The notes below the pieces were generated by a model, which was not told where the DNA came from, did no database searches, and saw nothing but the letters and a program-made list of their open reading frames with translations. A stretch of 53,686 nt of DNA. Source: Candidatus Zixiibacteriota bacterium. GTDB taxonomy: Bacteria > Zixibacteria > MSB-5A5 > GN15 > JAAZOE01. The DNA lies in assembly GCA_043819555.1 (NCBI GenBank), contig JBDREQ010000010.1, positions 1 to 53,686 on the forward strand. The letters run 5' to 3'. Each line of letters opens with the position of its first letter. Position 1 is the first letter of the stretch. Both the position numbers and the translations under genes were made by a program. This document shows positions 45,538-53,686 of this stretch, one piece after another.

Positions 45538-48036
45538 TTACTCACACCCCGCACACGGTGCCGGGCCGCCTTTGAAGACGTGGTTTATCATGTACACCGC
45601 GTCGCCAACATTGCATTCAACGTCACAGTTGGAGTCGCAGGCTTCAAATGGATCGGGTGCCGGTCCGCCCTTGAAAGTATGGTTAATGATAAATACCGCA
45701 TCGCCAACATTGGCCTCGTTGTCCCCGTTGGCATCACCGCATCTATAATCGCAGACATCGCCTAAGCCGTTTTCATTTTCATCTTCCTGATTCGGATTAA
45801 CTACCTCAGGGCAATTATCACAACTATCGGGAACAGTATCTGAATCATAGTCGTTGGCATCATCATATCCTTCACATTTATCACACCCATTAGGAACTCC
45901 ATCATCATCTGTATCCACATTATCATCAAAGCCATCGCATATATCACATCCATCAGGTACCGTGTCATCATCGGTGTCTATTGTGTCATCATGTCCTTCG
46001 CATTCATCGCATCCATCCGGAACCGTATCTCCGTCGGTATCTACTGCATCATCATAGCCTTCACATTGATCGCATCCATCAGGAACAGTATCTCCGTCAG
46101 TATCTACTGCATCATCATAGCCTTCACATTCATCGCAGCCATCGGGAACAGTATCTCCGTCAGCATCAAGCGCATCATCATAGCCTTCACATTGATCGCA
46201 GCCATCACCAATCAGGTCTCCATCAGTATCCTCCTGATTGGGATTTACAACTGTGATACAATTGTCGCAGCTGTCACCAAGCAAATCTCCATCTGTATCC
46301 ATTTGCGCAGGGTTGAAATCATTCGGACAAATATCCTCATCATCCGCAATCCCGTCGTTGTCGATATCATCAAAACCCACACATATTTGCCCCCACCAGG
46401 TTCCCCATTTGTCATCTGATTCAGTTGGACCTACATCCATAGCAGCATATTCCTGAATAGTCCAGGCACAAAGGTCGTTGGAAGGATCAATCATGGTTGC
46501 ACTGTAGTCTCCCCAGCGGATACGTGCGTAACCAAAATCTTTGATATAACTGTCTTCACCAGCCTTCAGTACGCGTATAACATCCATCGTTCCCAAGGGG
46601 TCAGCAGACAAACGGCCTGTATAAACGGCCTCGGCAAAAATAGTGGGATCAGAGCGTGAAAATCCAATAAAAGCATCACCATTAGCATTTGCAGTAATAC
46701 TTGGATAGAAATGATGAACATTGGCTCCACCATCAAGTACGCCGGACTGAACAATGGGGTTTGGCATTGCGCTTGGATCAAGCTCGTACCAGAAAACGGC
46801 TGTACGGTCCACCGCTCCTATTGGAAGACCGCCGCTATGGCAGGTCCAGATATGGCCGTTGCGAAACACGGCATTTAAAAACCGGTACGAACCTGTATTT
46901 ATAAGTGAAGACGTTCCCGCCTGGGAAGCGTCAATCTGAGACTCAAAGTCGTTTGCAGCATTGAACCACCCCGATCCGCTAGTTGATGAACCGGGCGTGG
47001 CTGACCAGACTGGAGCGGAAGCTGTTCCCGTGATTTCTGAGATTCGCAGATGACGAGTAGTACCAGTATACCAGCCATGATCAACAATGTATAATTTAGA
47101 CTCGGAACCAAAAGTATGGCAGACGCGCAATGTTAAGCCGTAATAACCTCCAAAAGTATCAGATCCTACCGGGAAAAAGGTCAAGCCTAAGGCACTGCCG
47201 GCCAGAGCTGTGGACTTGTCTATCACCCACATGGCATTGCCGCTCCAGGAATCACTGCTCACGGTAAACATATTATTAGTAATGGCAATCCAGGTATTGT
47301 TAAAACCTATATCCGGAAAATCGGCCCAGTTGACATCGGTTGGATCTGCATCAATTTTGTAGAACGTCCAATTACCAGTAGGGTCATCAGTGTCACTGAT
47401 AGCAAAGAGAACTGCTGAGGCGGCCGATTGTCCCCTGGCGTCACAGGTAGCCAGCCAACGGTCGGTACTTTGATCATAGATTATCCTGGGGTCATAAGTG
47501 CCGTAAGTTCCTGCCGGTGACCAGAAGGCAGGCAGAGTAATGGTACTAATAATATTGCCCAACTTATCTTGAATCCTGACCTCGGTATTGAGCATCGTCA
47601 TTGCATGATTTTTACCTATAGCTCCATGAGTATCTGGCGGTATCTTATTGATATTATCTGGCAAAGCCTGAAAATTGACACCTACGGGTGGAATAGCTGC
47701 AACTCCCCATTCAACATTAGGTCCCGGACCAATTTTCGCCTGTGGTTCTGTTTTAATATCATTAAGTGGTTCAGGTTTAGGTACCGTCATATAGGGTACA
47801 ATTGTCTTTGTCGGCTCTGACTGTTCCGATAGAGCCTGAGATAACCGTACCAGTTCATCCCAGTTTATTTTGGCCGATGGAGAAACACTCATCCTCTGGC
47901 TGGCCGGCCTGGTAACCGCGCCGACGCCGTCAGTTAGTTTGTCCTGAGAATTAATTGTCTTCGGCACTTCGGCAGATGTGACCGATACTATCAGCAATAA
48001 AAAAATTGTAATGAAGATATAACTACTGAGTTTCAT
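45538..48036 (-). CDS. Secreted protein with thrombospondin type 3 repeats and C-terminal dockerin-like domain
   Basis: ATG 48036 follows AAGGAGG and gives a signal peptide; PPD..YDP..RWGDYS domain; [14 protein letters not shown] repeats (60-bp period); [23 protein letters not shown] twice. Confidence 0.88.
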   Translation of the reverse strand: MKLSSYIFITIFLLLIVSVTSAEVPKTINSQDKLTDGVGAVTRPASQRMSVSPSAKINWDELVRLSQALSEQSEPTKTIVPYMTVPKPEPLNDIKTEPQAKIGPGPNVEWGVAAIPPVGVNFQALPDNINKIPPDTHGAIGKNHAMTMLNTEVRIQDKLGNIISTITLPAFWSPAGTYGTYDPRIIYDQSTDRWLATCDARGQSAASAVLFAISDTDDPTGNWTFYKIDADPTDVNWADFPDIGFNNTWIAITNNMFTVSSDSWSGNAMWVIDKSTALAGSALGLTFFPVGSDTFGGYYGLTLRVCHTFGSESKLYIVDHGWYTGTTRHLRISEITGTASAPVWSATPGSSTSGSGWFNAANDFESQIDASQAGTSSLINTGSYRFLNAVFRNGHIWTCHSGGLPIGAVDRTAVFWYELDPSAMPNPIVQSGVLDGGANVHHFYPSITANANGDAFIGFSRSDPTIFAEAVYTGRLSADPLGTMDVIRVLKAGEDSYIKDFGYARIRWGDYSATMIDPSNDLCAWTIQEYAAMDVGPTESDDKWGTWWGQICVGFDDIDNDGIADDEDICPNDFNPAQMDTDGDLLGDSCDNCITVVNPNQEDTDGDLIGDGCDQCEGYDDALDADGDTVPDGCDECEGYDDAVDTDGDTVPDGCDQCEGYDDAVDTDGDTVPDGCDECEGHDDTIDTDDDTVPDGCDICDGFDDNVDTDDDGVPNGCDKCEGYDDANDYDSDTVPDSCDNCPEVVNPNQEDENENGLGDVCDYRCGDANGDNEANVGDAVFIINHTFKGGPAPDPFEACDSNCDVECNVGDAVYMINHVFKGGPAPCAGCE

Positions 48037-48201
48037 GGATTCCTCCTTATCAAATGTTCCCCGCCTGCAGGACATTACTGTTAATTTATAATCTGCTATA
48101 TTTTTCTGGCGCAAAATTGTCCCCAAGAAGTAGTACCTGCTAATAATACAAAATTATACTGTTTTGTCAATGAATTAAGCGGTGTTGAGCGGTACCTCTC
48201 T

Positions 48202-48306
48202 TCACTCACACCCCGCCCACGGGGCAGGGCCACCTTTGAAGACGTGGTTGATTAGGTAAACGGCATCCGCGATATTCGTACAGCAACCTCTAATAGCATC
48301 ACAAGA
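48202..48306 (-). pseudogene. Orphan dockerin 3'-end fragment
   Basis: [34 protein letters not shown], similar to the end of 45538..48036; no upstream gene body. Confidence 0.75.
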
Positions 48307-48458
48307 CGTCCTATCGCATAAAAGTTCCCGTGCGAGAATATGATTAAATTTCGTCAAGTTGACTATCCCCAAGGAGATGAAATTAATATATATGGGAATA
48401 TGGATAAGTCAATGGATTATATAGAGCTGAAGGGGTGGCCCAGCTTCGGAGAGTGCAG

Positions 48459-48780
48459 TTTTAAAGACGCACAGACGCACACATCAAGCTTCAGTATTAC
48501 TATCTTCCGGGTGAACTGGAACGTGAGATCGAGCAGTTTGTAGAGTATTACAATAATGAACGGTATCATGAGTCACTGAACAACATAACTCCGGCAGATA
48601 TGTATAATGGTAAAGATAAACAAATCCAATCAAAACGTGACCGTATTAAACGGGAAACGATGAAATTGAGAAAATATCACAACTTAAAACAATATGTGAT
48701 GGCATAAGAAAGTATTTGTATTGAGAAAAAGTGTCTCTTATATTTGAATTACAAAATACGAAAGGTTTTGACGACGCACA
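48459..48780 (+). mobile_element. Truncated IS (IS3/IS481-type DDE transposase C-terminus and right end)
   Basis: 48483-48707 reads IKLQYYYLPGELEREIEQFVEYYNNERYHESLNNITPADMYNG..*; terminus TTTTGACGACGCACA at 48780; a similar TTTTAAAGACGCACA lies at 48459-48473. Confidence 0.8.
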
Positions 48781-48867
48781 GACAGCATTGATACGAAAAT
48801 CAATAAGATTTGGGGTATAACCGATAGTTTTTCACCTTTTGCATTAGGCATTGACAACTCCGCGACT

Positions 48868-48972
48868 TATGTTTGCGGCGATGCCAATGGTGATGGCGGT
48901 GTGAATGTTTCTGATGCCGTTTATCTGATCAATCTTATTTTCAGAGGTGGGCCAGAACCATGTTATTCATAA
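48868..48972 (+). pseudogene. Orphan single dockerin repeat fragment
   Basis: YVCGDANGDGGVNVSDAVYLINLIFRGGPEPCYS*. Confidence 0.75.
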
Positions 48973-49145
48973 ATAAAAGTTACAAAGAGATTTTTGGATT
49001 AGTGATAACTGCCGAATTTCACTTTAGAAATGTTTGTTGAGTTCGAGGATCCATTTAGGGGGGTTAGGATATTAAAAAGGCATAGATTTATCAAAGTTTA
49101 TATTTAGCGCCGAGTATCAAAATACATTTTTGGGGGAGCTGTCTT

Positions 49146-52100
49146 ATGTATCGCCATCTTTTATTCAATCTAATAGTTATATCAATCGTTTTCTTCTATT
49201 TTCCAATCCTTTGTCTGGCCCAGCTTGATGAGGTCTATGATATCCCTCTATCGGTGCATTCGCCAGATGATGAATGGCCACCGTGGCCGCATATAGCGGT
49301 TGATGATTCGGGCTGTGTATATGTCACTTGCCGTGTCAATTGGGCAATAGAAACCAGGAAGCTGGATAGCGCCGGCAATTCGGTCTGGACTCAGATCATA
49401 TGCAATGGCCTCGCGTGTGCTCCTCACGATATTGAGCTGGATGCGAATGCCAATGTGTACGTACTCGGCACGACTGACTATGTTTTCAATGATACAATCA
49501 TGGGCAACTGCAATCTGGTGTTGATAAAGTACGATTCGGCCGGTGTCCACCAGTGGACAGCTACCTATCCGTTCAATACGGATATACATTATCCCAATAT
49601 TCATGCTCTTGTGGGATCAGCTGAGAATAGTTCAATCTATGGGCGATTAGAAGTTTCACCAAATGGCCACTCGTATATTTGGGGCCACCGATGGGATCGG
49701 TATTTTGATGGCGTCCATGTTTCGCGCCAAAAAAACGGGTTTCTTCTGATTTGTGATCCTAGCGGTACTGAAATAAAGAACCAGACGTTCGAATGTCCAA
49801 TTGGGAAACCTTCTCGCCCGGGGGTACCGGGCGACCGTGTCGAAGGAGTACATGCCATTGACCACCAGGGAAACGTAAGCATCGTGGCTTCTACTTGGGC
49901 GGACCTGGAGATCTGTCCCTATAATCCCGAGGATCTTGATACTGCTTATCAGGATGCATTTTGGCTTCATGAAGCAAGTGCAGATGGCTCACCAGTATTT
50001 GAAGAACAGCACTTCCGAGATAATATCATGTGGGGGCCGTGCATGTACTGGGGAGATGGAACCAGAGGTGTTGAAATAAACTGCTTAGCAAACGATATAA
50101 GCACCGACTTTGCCGGCAACAAGTATGTCTTTGGGTCGGTTGACTACTGGTATAATGACGACCACATCTACCATGGATTCTTAACCAAATTCGACCCGGG
50201 TTGGAATCAGCTCTGGAGTTATGATCTCAATAAGGCACCATATGCCCAGTACCCCCTCTATTCTGAAATAGACGCCGATAGCGCCGGCAATGTAGTGATT
50301 GTCCGGTACTACGCCGAAAACGGCCAGCGGGTAATTCGTCTTGATCCGAATGGCAACTTGGTGGGAGTCGATGGGTATAGTGCCGGTGTGGCTAGGATGG
50401 ATGATGCCGGTAATACGTATGTCGGCTTCAATGGAATACGAAAATACGATGCCAGCTTTAATACCGTCTGGAGTACGTGGTGGGGATTAGACATATATGT
50501 AAATGAAATGGAAGTCGATCGACAAGGAAACATATACTTGGCCTACATAAACTGGGAGACCGTTGGGGCTATTGCTAAATTCGAACAAAGCGCCACAATG
50601 GTGATTCGCGACGCCCATAACGACACTATCCCGAATGTCGAATTTGAATTGATTAAAGTCAGCAACGATCCGCCGGTCTATACAGAAGATACGCTTGGGA
50701 CTTTTACTACTAATGATCTCGGCCAGCTAAAACTTCGCATGGTAAGAACAGATAGCCTGCTTTTCCCGGCTGGCCCCGGCAATGACACCCCCGACAAAAT
50801 AGCAATCGGCGATACTATCAAAGTAGCCAGGTATGTCGGTTCTCAGCCGTCATTCAAAATACCAACATACACAGCATATAACATTCATATTGATAATGGG
50901 AAATTTGATCCCGATGGTGTTATATCTTTTGATACGGTAGCATTAGAAAAGTTTGACGTTAAGCTAAATCATACTGAGGTTAGGGTAAATCTTCGGGCGG
51001 TCGTGGAGTGGGAGGCAACATCCGGCTATATGGCAAACTTACAGGATAATTTCCGGTATATGTCTAATTACATGTACGATGTTAGTGATGGTCAATTACG
51101 TTTAGATACAGTGAGGATTTTTGACAATGGTGGTTGGATTCAGGCAGACATGAGGATTTTTGCTAATAACCAGTTATTAGCCAATGCCAACGCTGGTGGT
51201 ATGTTTGGACCAGTGCTGGAAAGATACATTAATGTACCTAGGAAAGATTATTCATCGTTCGCGAATATGAGAAATCTAACAGATGTCAATCCGTTACCTT
51301 TGATCGATAATTCTGATGATTACCGTACGAAAACTCATGAACTTGGTCACTACATGTTGAGATTCTACGATGAATATCAATTTCTAACAGACACCGGCTA
51401 CTCTATTGATCATAGCCTGCGCTGTTTTGCATTCCCACTATCCAATTATGGATTCATGGATCATCATTATGAGCATCTTGGTGAGAAGTCGTCGGAAATG
51501 TCGAGCGCCTATCGTTATGAACTTGGCCCATGCCAGAATACGGAACAATGGGGCCTTAATGGCAAGTCATGTTGGGACCAGTTTGAAGAAACTTTTGAAG
51601 GCATTTGGGGTGCCGACAATATCTATGCGCCGATCTTAAAGCCGGACGCCGATGATACACTAGAAAACCACCACCTGACTGCCACTTATCTTTTCCCCGG
51701 CCCCAATGATGATATCAATAACCTGAATTACGATGTCGGCAGCCAGATTGTATTTCCACATCCGCCAGAACCTCAGGCAAATGATTATAAAAATGTACAT
51801 GTAGCGGTGGAGGGTCTTAGCAATCCAGGCGGAGTCGATGTTGAACTTGTCAATAATCCCCTTACAAGAAATGAAAATAGGATAGAGCAAGGACAGACGT
51901 CTGACGCTGGCCGTATATGGGTGCTGGGGGCCTATGATCCGGCTTACTCTATACATGCTTCAAGAGGCAGGGTTGACCAATTGTTTAATCGCGCACTTTC
52001 AGCTGACCAATTTACGAAAACATGGCTATATGGCATAGCCGAGCCTGATGGCGCACTTGATAGCATAACAATTTCGATGCAGGAAGTGCAGGGAAATTAT

Positions 52101-53090
52101 CCTCTGGTTTGTGATGTAGGTTTGCAGGAGGATAATTTCACTTTCGATCTTATGGTCGCCCAACTATTTTCGGAGGAGCCATCTCTTACGATTTATCCTG
52201 ATTACGATTCATCCTTTAGCTATGATTTCATGCCAGGTACAGATGGTTATTCAAAATTAATAAACGACAGCATTGGCAGTGACGGGTCGATTGATATTTG
52301 GGCTGTGGATGATTCAGCCAATCAATTTTTCTTTTCAACAAAGTACAGAGTTGTTGAAATCGATTATTCTCAGTCAATAATAGATTTTTGCGGATACGCC
52401 AATCATTCAAGATTTATATTAGATACTACAAATGCAGGTATCGAAAAAATAATGGTTCTTTCATCGCCTTATCCGGTTATATTTACCGGCCTTGATCCCA
52501 ATGCCATACAGGCGGGAGAATCGCATTCTGTTTCAATTTATCCGTCTCTTGAACCGACCGGGTCAAGCATTATGATTCGCTACTCAGACGCTGATTTATT
52601 AATTGGAGATAATAAAATTGGCGATGAATCGACACTGGAGGTTTATTATTGGCAGGATGTAACTAATGGATGGCAGTTGGTAGACGGTTCGAATGTAGAT
52701 ACTGTCCGCAATGAAGTGATGGCGCCGTTTACAAAAAGCGGAACCTATGCAGCATTCACCACCAATATCTTAACTGACGTTGAAGATGACGAATATGGAG
52801 ATAATCTCCCTTATAAGTTCGAGTTGTCCCAGAATTACCCTAATCCATTCAATCCTGTAACGACGATTGAGTATAGCCTGCCTCAACGAAGCCATGTAAC
52901 AATAGAAGTTTATAATCTACTTGGTCAGAAAGTCATAACATTAATCGATTACGAGCAGATTGCGGGAAATTACACGATTGTCTGGGATGGGGAAAATGAT
53001 ATCGGTGTATCTGTGGCAACAGGAGTATATCTATATCGTTTCCAGACTGATGAGTATACCGAAACCAAAAAGATGTTACTGGTAAAATAG
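49146..53090 (+). CDS. Secreted protein: SBBP-like beta-propeller, CLCA-like HExxH metallopeptidase domain, FlgD-Ig/T9SS-type C-terminal domain
   Basis: Signal peptide; IAVDDSGCVYV / KYDSAG repeats; HELGHYMLRFYDEY; LSQNYPNPFNP..TKKMLLVK. Confidence 0.85.
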   Translation: MYRHLLFNLIVISIVFFYFPILCLAQLDEVYDIPLSVHSPDDEWPPWPHIAVDDSGCVYVTCRVNWAIETRKLDSAGNSVWTQIICNGLACAPHDIELDANANVYVLGTTDYVFNDTIMGNCNLVLIKYDSAGVHQWTATYPFNTDIHYPNIHALVGSAENSSIYGRLEVSPNGHSYIWGHRWDRYFDGVHVSRQKNGFLLICDPSGTEIKNQTFECPIGKPSRPGVPGDRVEGVHAIDHQGNVSIVASTWADLEICPYNPEDLDTAYQDAFWLHEASADGSPVFEEQHFRDNIMWGPCMYWGDGTRGVEINCLANDISTDFAGNKYVFGSVDYWYNDDHIYHGFLTKFDPGWNQLWSYDLNKAPYAQYPLYSEIDADSAGNVVIVRYYAENGQRVIRLDPNGNLVGVDGYSAGVARMDDAGNTYVGFNGIRKYDASFNTVWSTWWGLDIYVNEMEVDRQGNIYLAYINWETVGAIAKFEQSATMVIRDAHNDTIPNVEFELIKVSNDPPVYTEDTLGTFTTNDLGQLKLRMVRTDSLLFPAGPGNDTPDKIAIGDTIKVARYVGSQPSFKIPTYTAYNIHIDNGKFDPDGVISFDTVALEKFDVKLNHTEVRVNLRAVVEWEATSGYMANLQDNFRYMSNYMYDVSDGQLRLDTVRIFDNGGWIQADMRIFANNQLLANANAGGMFGPVLERYINVPRKDYSSFANMRNLTDVNPLPLIDNSDDYRTKTHELGHYMLRFYDEYQFLTDTGYSIDHSLRCFAFPLSNYGFMDHHYEHLGEKSSEMSSAYRYELGPCQNTEQWGLNGKSCWDQFEETFEGIWGADNIYAPILKPDADDTLENHHLTATYLFPGPNDDINNLNYDVGSQIVFPHPPEPQANDYKNVHVAVEGLSNPGGVDVELVNNPLTRNENRIEQGQTSDAGRIWVLGAYDPAYSIHASRGRVDQLFNRALSADQFTKTWLYGIAEPDGALDSITISMQEVQGNYPLVCDVGLQEDNFTFDLMVAQLFSEEPSLTIYPDYDSSFSYDFMPGTDGYSKLINDSIGSDGSIDIWAVDDSANQFFFSTKYRVVEIDYSQSIIDFCGYANHSRFILDTTNAGIEKIMVLSSPYPVIFTGLDPNAIQAGESHSVSIYPSLEPTGSSIMIRYSDADLLIGDNKIGDESTLEVYYWQDVTNGWQLVDGSNVDTVRNEVMAPFTKSGTYAAFTTNILTDVEDDEYGDNLPYKFELSQNYPNPFNPVTTIEYSLPQRSHVTIEVYNLLGQKVITLIDYEQIAGNYTIVWDGENDIGVSVATGVYLYRFQTDEYTETKKMLLVK

Positions 53091-53438
53091 GCCTACGTTC
53101 AAATCTGATCCTGCTATGTATGATGGGTGTGAATAAGTTCGAAAATCCATTTAGGGTGCAATTTTATATCATTGGGAGATAACGTCTTATAAAAAGCTCC
53201 CCTAACTGTCCAGAACTCAGAACTTTTAAACTGGTTTTCGTGATTTGATGAGTCTCGGCCAATTTGACTTATGGCGGGGTTGAAGTCACAATAGACAGAA
53301 CTTTTCATTTCGAGTTCAGTTTATGATAATTCCCCCAACAGGACGATTATAGGACTTTTCAGTTGGTGGTGGACTATTTGAGATGGGCGTGTTATTATCA
53401 GGAATCGGGGTTTGCGAGAGTATGAATCCCGATTCTTC

Positions 53439-53561
53439 TCACGGAGTGGTTTTTTTTTGCTCGTCTCGCTTGTCCTGCTTCTTTTTTTCTTTTTGACTCT
53501 CTTTTCTTTTCTTCTGTTTCTTACTTTTGTCCTTATCCTTTTTCCCGCCTTTGTCTCCCAT
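53439..53561 (-). CDS. Small lysine-rich protein, 40 aa
   Basis: AAAGGAG RBS precedes MGDKGGKKDKDKSKKQKKRKESQKEKKKQDKRDEQKKTTP; hairpin at 53402-53435 downstream. Confidence 0.7.
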   Translation of the reverse strand: MGDKGGKKDKDKSKKQKKRKESQKEKKKQDKRDEQKKTTP

Positions 53562-53686
53562 AGTGTATCTCCTTTCCATTTGCCATTTTTCGTCTCGCCG
53601 AGAAGAGCGCAGCGAAACGTCGCTTCCGGGACTGCCTATCTTCATTGCCCTGAGGACCAGCAAAATATTATTAACACTTTCTTATA

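Noticed and set aside
45840..46260. DNA tandem repeat or plus-strand repetitive ORFs
   Set aside because: Explained by the 20-aa TSP3 repeats of the minus-strand gene.
48202..48306. DGR template repeat for the dockerin tail at 45538
   Set aside because: Mismatches are mostly synonymous and not adenine-specific, and there is no reverse transcriptase in the window.

Overview
This is a bacterial window, probably FCB group and most likely Zixibacteria-like. That is inferred from FlgD-Ig/T9SS-type C-terminal domains and Zixibacteria-style dockerin-like tails. The first 11.7 kb is an array of three integrase-less gene cassettes, plus the end of a fourth at the left edge. They are separated by ~220-bp repeats built like tyrosine-integrase attP sites: GGTCACA arm repeats, IHF-like boxes and a tmRNA/tRNA-Ala 3'-end core. 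The array ends in an attR-like half site at ~11.6 kb. One cassette encodes a secreted PQQ-like beta-propeller with an in-frame TGA followed by a SECIS-like hairpin, making it a candidate selenoprotein. The backbone carries a CoA-transferase/FdhD/Tat-less molybdopterin oxidoreductase cluster, a SulP-rhodanese fusion, SPFH with an Arc-like regulator, a MacAB-like ABC system, an RRM protein and a B12 radical SAM enzyme. It also has two peptide-ligase clusters: AdoMetDC-like/GNAT/ATP-grasp/LysA-like/MFS, and LysW-like Zn-ribbon/RLAN/RimK/GNAT-C39. The right end holds secreted dockerin/TSP3 and CLCA-like proteins with IS and dockerin remnants. All calls come from reading motifs by eye; no searches were run.
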